The translations under genes were made by a program, and so were the position numbers. 64,000 nt of DNA from Eledone cirrhosa. Lineage: Eukaryota. The DNA is taken from the NCBI GenBank assembly GCA_964016885.1, contig OZ024743.1, positions 74,028,001 to 74,092,000 of the forward strand, written 5' to 3'. Under the pieces are notes generated by a model. It did no database searches, was not told the origin of the DNA, and saw only the letters and a list, made by a program, of their open reading frames with translations. Within the stretch, counting starts at the first letter, position 1; each line of letters begins with the position of its first letter. Shown piece by piece: positions 9,888 through 22,950 of the stretch.

Positions 9888-12050
9888 ATGACCTTACTCA
9901 GAATAGGCAGCATAAATGCGCGTGGCCTGGGTCGTCATGGAAGCAGGGCCACCTGCTCAACGACCTCAGGTCACTAAACATAGATGTGGTGGCCGTCAGC
10001 GAGACCAGAATATCCGAAGCACGAGCCTTCGCACCGATCTTCGGCGGCTACGATGTATACGGATCTCCCAGCCGTCCAGGATCGGGGGAAGTTGTTCTGC
10101 TTTTTCGGAGAGACTTGGATCTCGCCATACGGGCCATCTTCCTGGATCCAGAAGGTAGGTTGGTGGTGCTGGACGTGACCAGCGGAGACGGGCAAGCTTT
10201 CAGGCTAGTGGCCGTCTATGCTCCGACAGGAGCAGGGCGGCCTGTCTTCTTCCGGCGTCTGGACATCTTACTTGGAACGTCCCGTGGGACGTGGGCGACT
10301 GGAACGGGATCTTAGATGCACTCTAGGACTGTGTGGGATTAGCGGATAGGGGAGGAGTATGTAAAAGCCTCGCAAACCTGCTTAGACGGTTTCAACTGTC
10401 TGACAGGTACCGTCAGGATTTCCCGAATGTGCCTATGTGGATATGGACAAACCGCATCGGGTCATCCAGATCATATCTAGATAGGGTATTTTGTAGGGAT
10501 ATAGATAGGTCTCGCATAGGCTGTCCACAATTAAAAGTATTCGACTAGAAGGACCACAAATTTGTGATCTGTGAGGTTGACTTATATAGGCTTCATAGAT
10601 AGGGACACGGCTACTGGAAGCTAAACGCGTCGTTAAAGGGCGCAAGGCCTACAGAGACCGGATTAGCGACTAGTTAAGTGGGCGTTGACGGAGGCCATCT
10701 TCAACAACAAATGGTGGTTTACTCTGAAAAGAGCGATTAGAATAGAGTCCATTAGGTTAAGTAAGGCGTTAGCAATAGAGAAAAATAGAGCAGAGGGAGA
10801 ACTAGTTAGAAAATTAGACGAGGCGCTTAGTAAAGACATCGCTACCGAGGTGCTTGCCGCGAAATTGGCCTTCGACCAATTCTTCAATGCAAAGCACGAA
10901 GGCTGCGTTGTCAGAGCTAGGGTGCATGCTCTCAAACACGAAGGGACGAAAGCCGTTCAATGGGCCCGAGTGGGAGAGGCGCGTCGTTGCAACAAAGCCA
11001 CGATCCGGTCTTTGGTGGACCACGACGGCCGCATGCTACTCGATCCCGGGAAAACTTGTGAAGCTTTTCAGCGACACTTCGCTCAGCTCTTCGGAGGCAG
11101 CGGCGGGCCAGATCGAGGGATGGACTTTAGTGGCTACCTCAACGGACTGCCGCGGCTCTCGGCCACCGCTACGTGGAGGGCTGGGCATGCCGTGGCTTAT
11201 GATGCGCAGACACGCGCTCAGGCTACGACATCTCCACCTCATCCTCGACGGTGATCAGGTGTGGTCGCTGTTTGCTAGACGCGTCTTTCCCCAGCTCGTC
11301 TCCTTGACGGAGCTGCAGTCCTGGGTCAAACGAAGACCGAGAGGGAGCGCATGGAGACTGGAAGGTCTTCAGGCGCTCACAGCCCTCGACAAATCGGGCA
11401 ATATGATTGGTGGAAACTCCACCTTGGCATTCTATAGAGGATTAGTGGAGGGAAAGAGCGACGACGTACTTGGGGAAACTCTAGGCGTCGACGAAAATCA
11501 ACTAGCCAATCTCTTCGGAAGAACTTTCGGGATGGGGCCTATGGACAACTTCCAGAAATCCCTGGCCTAGCAGTGCTACCGAGGAGCTTTGCTAGTTCGG
11601 GATAAACTCTATAGGCATGGAAGTGCCGTCAGCAGGGCATGTCCGAGATGTGCGCAGGGCGACGAAACCGTCCTGCACGCACTCGTCCAGTGTCCGAGCA
11701 TTGCAGACTTGTGGGTTTATGTCGAACACCTGCTGTCGCGTGTAGGACGGATCCGGCTATCTGCTGAGTCCATCGTGAGGATTGCCCCGCCCTCTTCCTT
11801 TAACCGGGAACGGCAGGCAGTTTTTATCTGTCTGGTGGCCATGGCGAAAGAGATAGTATGGTGGACGCGCCTGAAAGGGCTGAAGACGAACACTTACCTC
11901 TTCGGTGATGCCCTGATTGATTTTTTCAAATTTCATTTGAAAAGCAAAATCAGGGTAGAGAGGGAAGTGCTCTCTTCCCAGCATTTTGTTGAAAGATGGG
12001 TAAGAGAGGCAAGAATGGCCCGAGTGAATACTCTGAGTATGTGCCTGTAA
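9888..12050 (+). pseudogene. Disrupted ORF2: APE endonuclease + linker + C-terminal domain, no RT
   Basis: IGSINARGL, DVVAVSETR, DPEGRLVVLDV, LVAVYAP, GDWN, SRSYLDRVF, DH, GYWKLN; then LPRLS joined to GGLGMPWL at about 11165; CPRC...ETVLHALVQC. Several stops and frameshifts. Confidence 0.88.
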
Positions 12051-12329
12051 ATTGAAGGTGGAAAACTGGGAGAAGGCACTTGCCCTGGTGGTCAGGGTCA
12101 CCATGGCTTTTTTAATAGGCTTTCTCCACGTTGGCCCTGGGAAGTCTCCCCCCTATTGGGAAATTTTTCATTGTTTCTTTTTTGTTACATCCTCTGTTTT
12201 TGTTTTTGTTACACGCAGAAATTCCCATTTGTACTTTCCTGTATTGTCCTGTATTGTCCTTAATGTCTTATCTTGTGTAAACCCTTGCGGTAAATAAAGA
12301 AATCATTATTATTATTATTATATTATAGT

Positions 12330-12447
12330 GAAGGCGTGTGGCGGATGGTTAAGGAATTGGATTCGCAATCGTAAGGTTGTGAGTTCGATTCCTGGACCAG
12401 GTGATGCGTTATGTCCTTGAGCAAGACACTTTATTTCACGTTGCTCC
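12330..12447 (+). mobile_element. tRNA-derived SINE (5' part)
   Basis: A-box-like TGGCGGATGG, B-box GTTCGATTC, then TGTCCTTGAGCAAGACACTT central-domain motif; no tRNA-like 3' acceptor end. Confidence 0.75.
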
Positions 12448-12574
12448 TTCTACCTGGAGTTGCGACCGATAGATAGTATTAGCAAGTGGAAAGACCAACG
12501 GAAACATTGTTCCCTCGGTCCGATTTGACGAAAGTCGATCGTTAAAGATATATATATATATATATATATATATT

Positions 12575-13478
12575 CGAGGTCTGTCAGAAAAGTTCCAGTT
12601 CTGATGTCACAAAAGATTTATTTCAAACCCAAACTTCACACTAAGAGTTTTCTCCTTCAAAGTAATCCCCCCCCCCCTGGAGTCTAATGCACTTTTCCAT
12701 CCTTTTCTGCCACGCTTGCATGCACTCCTGGAAGGATTCTTCCGGAATCCTCTGCAGTTCCGTCGTCACACCCTTTTTGATGTCGTCCACGTTTTCAAAA
12801 CGGGTCCCCTCCGGGTCGTACTCGAAGATCCATGTCTCATCACCGGCGATGACTGTCCCTAGCAAGTCTGGTTCGGTTTCAAGACGCTTGAGGATGTCCT
12901 GGCACACTTGCATACGTCGACCCTTCTGGTCATTGTTCAGCAGTTTGGGCACCATCTTCGCGCAGACTTTCCGCATGTCCAAATCTTCAGTGAGAATCTT
13001 CCAGACGCTGTCCCGATTCATGCCCAGCTCATTTGCCATCAGTCGAACAGTCAGCCGACGATCGCTACGCACCATCTGCCTTACGCGCTCAACTTTGACC
13101 TCAGTCTTGGTTGTTGAGAGCCTTCCGCTCCTGTGGTCATCTTGCACGTCCTCGCGTCCTTCTTTAAACCTCTTGCACCACTTGCAACACACGAGTGTGA
13201 CATCGTCTCATCTCCATACACTTGCTGCAGCGGAGTTTTCCCCAACCGTACCAGAAACTTCAAGTTTGTTCGTTGCTCTGTGCTCATTGCTTGACGACCT
13301 GAAACAGAGGACATGTATATAAAATTATGAAGAAAGAAGTTTGAGCGCTGCAGAGAGCTAAGATTATAGTTACATACTCCAGGGGGAATACTTTGAAGGA
13401 GAAAACTCTTAGTGTGAAGTTTGGGTTTGAAATAAGTCTTTTGTGATATCAGTCCTGGAACTTTTCTGACACCCCTCG
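12575..13478 (-). mobile_element. mariner-family DNA transposon, internally deleted, about 100-bp inverted ends, in (TA)n
   Basis: Ends CGAGGTCTGTCAGAAAAGTTCC / GGAACTTTTCTGACACCCCTCG-TA; transposase remnant inside. Confidence 0.9.
12641..13290 (-). pseudogene. mariner transposase remnant
   Basis: EQRTNLKFLVRLGKT...WCKRFKEGREDVQDDHRSGR...KVCAKMVPKLL...GDETWIFEYDPE|GTRFENVDDIK...W.KRMEKCI...GDYFEG. The second and third catalytic Asp region is deleted, and there are frameshifts. Confidence 0.9.
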
Positions 13479-13935
13479 TATATATATCGTAGAACGATAA
13501 CTAATTCAGACCAAATCTGTTGTCACTCACTGTAACCTATTACGATTTCATTAAGGTAGAAAGACACGTCTGTAACATTTACTGTCGGATATAATAGCTA
13601 GAAATCGGCATTAAGTGGACGTTTGAATTTCTTCCTGATTAGTGCAAGAGATTTCTCATATTGCAAGTCTTATCATTGATGATATGCTATTACATAAACC
13701 ACTGAAACCTAGTGAATTTCAAGTATTTCTTCTTTTAACAACGTTTGAATTTATTTAGAGGTTTAGATTATCTGATAACTCGTGTTCCAAGCTGACGGCT
13801 TGATTCTATGACACGTGATTCTGATTTCCAATTTTACTAAACATATCCGTTATATTTTCTTTATTATACATATATTTCACAAGTATTCCCCCCCCCCCCG
13901 ACCATATACACACACACACACACACATATACATAT

Positions 13936-14065
13936 ACACAGGGTGGGTCAAAAGTTACGTCTTACCTATTTTTATTAATAAAACATTACAAATTAACTCA
14001 AAACTAATTTTTCTTGGAGGGTGTATTTTTCCAAAATTGGATCTTGTTTTTATCCAGCTTTAATT
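13936..14065 (+). mobile_element. Solo Tc1/mariner-like terminal fragment
   Basis: TA-CAGGGTGGGTCAAAAGT start after a microsatellite; no partner end seen. Confidence 0.4.
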
Positions 14066-14114
14066 CGAAAGAAAGAAATATATATATTAATAATAGAAAA
14101 ATGTATTAATATAT

Positions 14115-14154
<40 letters not shown>

Positions 14155-14429
14155 GGAAAAGATTCAGGACCCCGACGGCTGAGTTCCGGCCGATTCGACA
14201 GCTAGATCCGACCTGAAGCTCCAGTATTCGAACGGCGGGAATCTAGCTGAACTTATCAATGGGTACAGTCCATATATGGGCAGACAGTCAAAGCAAAAAA
14301 AAAAAATCTTAAAAGCCCTCTCGTCTTTTTTTTCTTTTTTTTTCTCCGAGAGTAGTCAGTAATGTGAAGGTGGTGGTGGGGGAGGGGTACCTTTGCTCAA
14401 ATGGCTAATTTATTCCCCCTAAATGTCGT

Positions 14430-14637
14430 GTATTGGCAGTATCGGTAGAGAGTCGGACACCATGCTTTGCAGCATAGAGTTACGGTCCTTTACGGTTTGA
14501 TTTCAAACCCTGCCGAGGTTAACTTTCATCCTTTCGGGGTCAATAAAATAAAGCACCAGAAATGTACTGGGTCGATTTAATCGACCTTTCCCTCCCCAGA
14601 AATTACTGGCCTTGTACCTATAGTAGAAATCATTATA
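14430..14637 (+). mobile_element. tRNA-derived SINE with Nin-domain-like core
   Basis: TGGCAGTATCGGTAGAG head, TTCAAACCC B-box, TTTCATCCTTTCGGGGTCAATAAAATAAAGCACCAG core; three further copies in the window. Confidence 0.75.
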
Positions 14638-15240
14638 TTTATTACACTCATAATGGCAAAGAAAGGGGCTAGACATGCCCAAAAGCAAGAGGAAATGGAT
14701 GAGTAGACTTATTGACTTCAAAGTGTTAAGCCAGTCAGTCGCGCACACACGCTATTAAGTGAGAATTTTTCCTTGTCAACTATTTCTAATCAGTAGAAAT
14801 GCTATTGTACTTCATTAGATTCAAAATGTTAACAGGTTGAGAAAAATACACCTGGACAAATTAAACGTTATACGTTTAAAGTGTTTCTATGAATCCGAAA
14901 TCAAATATCAGACTTACGTGACTGACATGCTCATGGTATTCATGATCGAACAGAGGATTCAGTTCATCAACTGGTTTTCGTTCTACCAATCACGGGGCGA
15001 AAAGGCTAAATGTTGCCGCTAAGCTGCAGCGTATCGTTTCTTTAGCTGTCACGTGTTATTTCCAGCAAGGGAAATAACCCCCGGTTTTTGGCGGATCATT
15101 CAAAATGTTAGACAAAGGAAATATTTTAATTTCCGCTAATCATCAGAATAAGCTCTCGACCAGATGTTATTAACACATATAATTAACCAATCAACAAAAT
15201 TGTCTAATTAAATTAATTAATTAATTATTAAATCTAGGAG

Positions 15241-15244
<4 letters not shown>

Positions 15245-15323
<79 letters not shown>

Positions 15324-15359
15324 ATCTTAGAGAATATATATATATATATATATATATAT
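15245..15359. repeat. (TA)n microsatellite
   Basis: Directly visible. Confidence 0.95.
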
Positions 15360-16350
15360 GGAGGTGAATTCGGACTCGCAAGGGAATAGCTGAAGGATTC
15401 AAGAACACCCGCTTTCTCCGTTCCCTTGTCGTTTCACTTTGTATTGCCTCGGGAACGTAACCTTATTATGTAAGAAGTTGTCTAATGATGTCACGGCACT
15501 GGGTACATGGAATCATGTGGCCACTGTCGTCATTGAAATATGTATCACAGCATTATCATTAAAAGACTTTAACATCTGAAACTACTTCGCATTTTCTTAT
15601 TCTATAGGCTTCTAGTTAGCGCATCCCTCCAGACTTATGTCCACCCGGTTTGCTATAACCTATTTATCCTATTTTTCCTCGGTTACCTACTTGCATGTTC
15701 CATTGTCCTGTTTCCCCAGATGGGGTCCGCTCACCTCTCATTTTTCTCTTTCTTCCTCTCTCCTCACCGCCTTTCCGCCTTTGTTCTTCTTCCTCTTTTC
15801 CTTCCTTTTCCTTCCCTTTTTATCTTTTTTTCTCTTCTTTTCCTCCTGGCCTTTTGATTAAGAAAAAAGGCCTTGGGCGCACCGCTGATCGCCTGTAGAT
15901 GTCTTGTAAATAAGCGCCGAAACATCTTAATCGCGGATTACAGCTGACGAAGGATTCTCTTCTTTTCTTCTTTTCTTTTCTTCTCTTGTTTCGTCCATAC
16001 CACCATCCTGAACCCTATATATATATATTACATAAATTATGATAAAATCCGCCTTGAGGGTGGTTCAACTGTTAGTATATTTAATTAAACATTTTACAGA
16101 GTAAATGCACTACTTCTGATAACAGTCTTTTTGACCTTCTATGATCCATGAATAAACGGACGTTGAGTGATTCATAGGATTGCTTTATGGTTGTACATAC
16201 TGATGATTGCTTGCGATAAATCTTTGGCCAAATTTCAAAACGATCCAATACTCTGCAGTAATATCAGTCTAGCTCTGCTAGAATCTGGCGATATTCCAAT
16301 CAGATAAAATTTTATGATGGTAATACGCAACTTGTTTTGATATGGCTCCG

Positions 16351-16352
<2 letters not shown>

Positions 16353-16410
<58 letters not shown>
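16353..16410. repeat. (TC)n microsatellite
   Basis: Directly visible. Confidence 0.95.
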
Positions 16411-16411
<1 letters not shown>

Positions 16412-16883
16412 CTGAGAATATTGTTTTCAAGAGTTCTTTATTGATAAGCATTATTTACAGAACAGAAATTTAAATTTAAATAAATAAAATAATGTCTCAT
16501 TTTCAGTTAGTGTTTTCCATATTAAATGTTACACTATATTTTTAACTTAATCCTATATTTAAATCCCAAGGATTCACACAAGGTCATTGCTAAACGTGTC
16601 TCCCTGACTGAAAGACAAGATGGCGGAACTAGAACAAAGTTTAAAGAAAGAGGAAACACAAAGGACCAAAATAGTAAGAAGATATCACTTTAATAACCAT
16701 CTGGTTACTAAAGTAAGCTAGGAATGGATTAGTTACCTCAAACTGAAATATAACCGAGGTGAAGCTTAACTAGTGTGTGATTATTTATTGGCCCCATTAC
16801 ACCCACACCAACCAAAACAATATGTATATGTGTGTATGTAAATGTATACACAGACACACACACACACATGCACGTGCGCACGC

Positions 16884-17062
<179 letters not shown>

Positions 17063-17287
17063 GAAAAAATGTCGAAAATACGATTGGCGTCTTTTAGGAT
17101 ATTTATTTAGAATAACTTTTTAACTTTATCAGTTTCACAATTTTCCTAATTGTCAAAAGTTAACTTTTGAAATTATTGTAAATAAACCTTCATTTATTAT
17201 TGTAAATAAGACTTGAATTGTATTTTCAACTTCTTTTCCCTATAGGTTTACCCGCGAAGGATATATTTAAAAAAACCTTACTTTCGA

Positions 17288-17349
<62 letters not shown>

Positions 17350-17402
17350 TCTACTACCCCACGTATCGAATACTCTGTTGTGTAATGGTCTAACTAGCCA
17401 GT

Positions 17403-17460
<58 letters not shown>

Positions 17461-18842
17461 ACCATATTCTATCTATATAAAAAAAAGTTACATTGCAGAG
17501 AGTAAACAAGTTATATTGTCTTGGGAATGTTATCAACTGCGATTATACAACAAATGACAAATACAAATAGGTGAGATTCACCGCAAACAATGGACGATCA
17601 TTTATAAGCCTGATATTATTATATAATTCAGAAATGTGCATAGCCATGAAGAATCATGAGATATTCATTACAACAATATAGCTTATGTACAATTTGTAAT
17701 TGTATATAATTAGAAAAGAGTATAAATTCCGAGAATACATCATAAATCGATATATTGGATTTTGAGGCTAACAAACTCCTTACCCTGAATATTTAAAGGT
17801 TATAAACGAAGGACATTGTGTGTCGCAATATGGCCGAGCTATAATAAAATATATAATAACGAAATATAATAAAAATTAAATAATTCACAAACTACCATAA
17901 ATATCAGAGCAGCTCATGACAAAATTCTGATTTTTGAATTATTCATTCTACAATCATGTAATACTATTTGCGTCAACAATACTTTTTTGCCCAGTACGCT
18001 CATGAAATGTTACATAACCGTCCATCTTGAATTCATTATATCACGTGGCAGTATTAATGGCTGCATTATCTACTCTTAATATGCCTGTTTTTCACTTTAA
18101 AATAACAAAAAATTTGTTAATATCCATTCTAAAATTTTTGAGTAACTTGCGTTAAATGAAAAAATGTTTATTAATTCTCTAAACATAGTCTATGAACTCG
18201 GTTATATTATTGCCTCCTTCTTGTCGGTGTTTTTTAAAGAAAACATCTTACATTTCACTGTATAGTTTATTCCCATAGATTGTATTTTGTTATTTCAAAT
18301 GTTGCTTACAAAGTAGAATATATACATTAATTAAAACTTATTTTATTTGTCTTTTGCTAATACTGACTCACGCAGCCTCTTATCATGTTACTTTTACATC
18401 TAGTCAACCTCATGCTCTTCCATATGAATACCATGTTATATTATTCGAAGCCAGTAATAAAAACACGGCCTCCTGGCCTTTAGCTGTTAAGCATCATCGG
18501 TTCATTTTTACAATAAAAGCGTTACTGATATATTTGTAATGTTTATAAAGAATGTGTCGGCATTAATGAGCAGGAAATAGACATCAACAAGTGAGGTGGC
18601 AGATAAGACATATCTGTAAAAATGTGAAATGAAGAAACACTTCTCTGCTATGCAATATGAGGCTAAAAAGCTATTAGTGTGTCAGATTAGCTAGGAATCA
18701 TGAGATCCATCCCTAATTGGATCAACTTGATACTAGGCAAAGCATGCAATTCAATATATGTCTATGTTGTGATATATTCTGGCGTGTGTTGACAAGAACG
18801 ATATAATAATAAAAAACAGGTATTAAAGAATATACAATTTAT

Positions 18843-18931
<89 letters not shown>

Positions 18932-18960
18932 ATACTATTACTACAATATTAATACTACTA
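18843..18960. repeat. (CTA)n trinucleotide microsatellite
   Basis: About 29 perfect units followed by degenerate units. Confidence 0.95.
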
Positions 18961-19093
18961 TTTTATTTTATCGTTCCCGTAAGCATGAAAGGCAAAGCTA
19001 ATCTGGGCAGGATTTGAACTCAGAACGTAAAGGGCCGTACCTCTATGCCACGAAGCATGGTTTCCGAGGCTCTGTCGATACTGCTAGTCCACC
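18961..19093 (-). mobile_element. SINE copy (same family as 14430), reverse orientation, 3'-truncated
   Basis: Reverse complement gives GGTGGACTAGCAGTATCGACAGAG...GAGTTCAAATCCTGCCCAG...TTTGCCTTTCATGCTTACGGG...GATAAATAAAA. Confidence 0.7.
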
Positions 19094-19847
19094 AATAATA
19101 TATTTTACGTATTTGTATTTCCGTCGGAAGCGGTAAGACACTAATTAAAGGGAAAGAAAAATAAATCCCATCAAATGCAGTGAAGATAAAGAAAGGAAAA
19201 CCAAAAATGTGTGACATATTGAGAGAGTAAAGGTGGAAGATTAAGAGTTATATACTAATTAGGAAGATTGAAAAGTGTTAAAGTATTTTGAGTATTAGAC
19301 TTAGTATTAACGGTTTATATAACACCACCAACGTGACCTTATGTCTTTGAAAAGACTCTAAAATCCCAATAGACTATACAACTTATATTTTACCATATAA
19401 TGGTCAGATAAATCGCTGTTTCACTAATAAGCAGATTCCCTATCCCCATTCCATTCGATATCCAATTAATCAAAATTTTAGAGTCATTTTATTTTGGCCT
19501 TTTTTATTACAAGAATTAATCATGTACATATCTTCTCTCATGATCAAGGGTGAATTTTTAATTAATTAATATTTCTAGTCCTACTAAAACAGCAACAACA
19601 GCAATAAAAGTTTTGAAGCCAATTCTCCCGTTAAAACAAATGGTAAGACTTGCCGATTCCATGATATGTTTAATGTTCCCCATGAGTACTTTTGAGGCAA
19701 TGTTTAACTGTCCTTCCTCTAGTGATCTACTTTAGTAGTCGACTAAAGGTTTCAGAGATTTATGCTATAAAACCACCAAGAAAAGAATATTTTGCAATCG
19801 AAGTATCAATCCACACAAATGGCAACATAGCTACAAAAATGGAGGAA

Positions 19848-20185
19848 TTCTTCTTCTTCTTCTTCTTCTTCTTGAGAAGATCATAGGGACAGGGTCCTCA
19901 AACAATTCTTTCAGCGGGTCCTCTCAAAATTAACCGTCTCCAGCTGATCCAGCTGGATCCCCAAGCAACATCAGCCAAGCTCATGGATGTTATCCAACCA
20001 CCTTTCTTGGGAGTCTACTCCTGGGTCTCCTGCTGGCTGGTTTTTGCCCATAAAATCTATCCAGCGATTCTTTCCGGATATTCTAGTCACATGCCCATAA
20101 TAAATATCGGAGCTGTGATATCTCAATTCAGAGAAGTAGCAGCTCTAGCTGGAGGGACTCTTTGATCTCCGAGCTACAATAACTA
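19848..20185 (-). mobile_element. RTE-clade LINE 3' fragment with (GAA)n tail
   Basis: Degenerate translation IEISQLR..GHVTR...RRPR.R...RWLDNI, ending in (GAA)n, seen as TTC repeats on the + strand. Confidence 0.7.
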
Positions 20186-20295
20186 AAAGTTTGATTAAAT
20201 ACAATTTATCAAATGAAGAATTTCTTGGTATAATGTAAAGATATTTATTGTTGTTACACTATTATACCCACGACATAATGTTAGATATTATTTTG

Positions 20296-20482
20296 GTGGA
20301 TTGGTAGTATCGGTAGAGGGTCGGACGCCATGCTTTGACGCATAGAGTTACGGCCCTTGCCATTCTGAGTTCAAATCCCGCCGAGGTTAACTTTCCTTTC
20401 ATCCTTACGGAGTCGATAAAATAAAGTACCAGTAATGCACTGGGATAATTGCTAGCCTTGTGCCAAAGGTAGAAAAAATTAT
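20296..20482 (+). mobile_element. SINE copy (same family as 14430)
   Basis: GTATCGGTAGAGGGTCGGAC...GAGTTCAAATCCCGCCGAGGTTAAC...GTCGATAAAATAAAGTACCAG. Confidence 0.75.
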
Positions 20483-20764
20483 TTTACAATCTCCTGCCTA
20501 GGGTTACGAATCTATTGTATGTACAGTCAGATAGAAAACACTATATAAAATCACGAAAAAGATAGACGGAGGACAAGCGTTGACCACAGTTTCATATTTA
20601 TTTAAATAAAAAGGTCTAGAAAAAGAGAAAGCCCGAATGTGGATGTGAAAATAAAAGCTATAATAAAAGATGCCGCGGGAATGATAAAAGATACACAGAG
20701 AAAGGCAGATACATAACCCACGTATGTAAGGGTCCACCCTGTGCCTTATATACTACCCTATATT

Positions 20765-21385
20765 ACACACGCATACACACTCTCACGTACACACGTAGAC
20801 GCTGTCACGTACGCACATGCTCTCACGTACATACACGATCTCTAGTACACACATAGACGGTCTCACGTAAACACACGCTCTCACGTAGACACATATACAC
20901 TTTCACGTACACACATACAAACTCTCGTGTACACACAATACATGCTCTCTCGTACATACACGCTCTCACGTAAACACATACACACGCTTTAACGTACACA
21001 CATACAAACTCTCATGTACATACACAGTCTCACGTACACCCATACACACGCTTTCACGTACACATACACGTTCTCACGTACACACATACACACAATACAT
21101 GCTCTCACGTACACACAATACATGCTCTCACGTACACACACACTTTCACGTACACACACTCACATGCTCTCACATACACACATACACGCTCTCACATATA
21201 CACATATACGTTCTCACATACACACACATACGCTCTCACCTACACACATACTTGCTCTGACATACACACAATACACACTCTCACGTACACACATATAAAC
21301 ACACGTACACACAAATAAACACACGTACACACAAATGAATACACGCACACACACTCACATACATACACGCTGCCACGTACATACC
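20765..21385. repeat. Degenerate minisatellite, unit about ACACGCTCTCACGTACACACAT
   Basis: Recurring CTCTCACGTACAC motif at roughly 18-26 bp spacing. Confidence 0.8.
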
Positions 21386-21607
21386 CTTAGATACTTATAT
21401 ACCACAACAGAATACACACAGATAGCTGACTAAACACTCATATTTTTTTTACTTTTACCTGTTACAGCCATCCGGCTGAGGCCATGCTGGGGCACCATCC
21501 TTGTTGCTACACATATTTGTTTCTTTCCCATTTATTTTTCTTAATTTCTCCGTCACTTCCTCTTCTCACCCTTTATCTTTCTATTTTATCTTCTATTTCT
21601 AATTCTA

Positions 21608-21643
21608 TCTTCTGATGAAGGACTTGTGTCCGAAACGTTAAGA
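21608..21643 (+). ncRNA. Minimal type I hammerhead ribozyme motif (orphan PLE-type)
   Basis: TCTT-CTGATGA-a-GGACttgtGTCC-GAAA-CG-TT-AAGA: stem I TCTT/AAGA, stem III reduced to the palindrome AACGTT. Confidence 0.75.
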
Positions 21644-21992
21644 CTCTTTTCCTGTTATTGGAAGCATTAAACTTTAATATTCATTTATATTAAGACTAAA
21701 ACGTGAATCATGTCACTGTGGGGTTTTGCTTGTGTATCACAGGGTCAGCAGACAAGAACTAACATATCAAAGACAAAATATAAATAAGGAAGATTGGGGG
21801 GGGGGGAGTAATTATGATAGGATGGGCAGGGTGGTGGCGGTAGTGTAGGGTGGATGTATAGAAGAAGAAGGTGATAAAGGGTAGTAGTGTGTGTAGCCAG
21901 AGAAAAAAAAGAATTTAGCCAGCGATAAACTAATGTATTTCTTCAATCTACTGTGTTGTTTGCTTTCTTATTTCTGTTTACGTTTTACACAC

Positions 21993-22053
<61 letters not shown>

Positions 22054-22169
22054 AGAACATATATGTATGAGATAAGCGGTGGAGCATGTTAAAATGTGCA
22101 ACGTTCCTCTGATCAGCAAAAGCCAAATAATTCATTACAGTTGTGGGATGGATGAATAATGATGCACAT

Positions 22170-22722
22170 ATCTCATATTCCTTACACACACATACACAGA
22201 AACACACATACACACTGACACACACAATACATTCACATATACACACACACACAGAACGCAGGCATACACACATACACACATATAGAAGACAGACATACAT
22301 ACACACAGACACACATATACCGACCACACACATACACAGAGGGAGGAGGACGCATACACTGACGCACATACACTGACAATACACACACACATACACACAG
22401 GGAGGAAGACGCACATACACTGACGCACATACACTAACGCACATACACTGACGCACATACACTACAGCACATACGCACAAACAATCACAAACATACACCG
22501 ACCACGCATGCACACATACACACACACAAACATACATCGACCACACACACACACGCGCGCACACACACATACACACATATATACAAAGAGAGAAACACAG
22601 ACACACATATACAAAGAGAGAAACACACACACATACACCAACCACACACACACACATAAATCGATCGCACCCACACTCATGCAGAGAGCGAGACACATAC
22701 ACTCACAGACATACACACACAC
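22170..22722. repeat. CA-rich low-complexity tract with short GACGCACATACACT repeats
   Basis: Directly visible. Confidence 0.8.
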
Positions 22723-22766
22723 AAATGGAAGACAGGTTTTTCAACACTACAATACAACTATAAGGG

Positions 22767-22950
22767 CGGTGGTATGGTAGTATCGGTAGAGGGTCGGACA
22801 CCATTCTGTCCAGCACAGTTACGTCCCTTTACGGCCTGAGTTCAAATCCCGCCGAGGTTAACTTTGCCTTTCATCCTAACGGGGGTCGATGAAATAAAGT
22901 ACCAGTAATACACTGTGATAATTGCTGGCCTTGTGCCAAAAGTAGAATAC
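22767..22950 (+). mobile_element. SINE copy (same family as 14430)
   Basis: Same head, B-box and GGGGGTCGATGAAATAAAGTACCAG core. Confidence 0.75.

Larger units (their letters stand above)
7665..12320 (+). mobile_element. L1/Tx1-clade LINE, decayed, RT domain deleted
   Basis: ORF1 remnants, APE endonuclease, C-terminal CCHC (zf-RVT-like) domain, AATAAA then (ATT)n tail. Begins immediately after an (ATT)n run. Confidence 0.85.

Noticed and set aside
12330-12402. tRNA gene
   Set aside because: It has A/B boxes but no convincing acceptor stem, and it runs straight into a SINE body.
15855-15955. Possible hammerhead (GATTAAG...GGCGC...GCGCC-GAAAC-AT-CTTAATC, nearby CTGACGA)
   Set aside because: No CTGANGA at the required position after the putative stem I; too degenerate to call.
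21445-21503. Short fragment resembling an abundant octopus interspersed repeat (…GGCCATGCTGGGGCACC…)
   Set aside because: Recognised only from memory, under 60 bp and with no second copy in the window; not supportable here.
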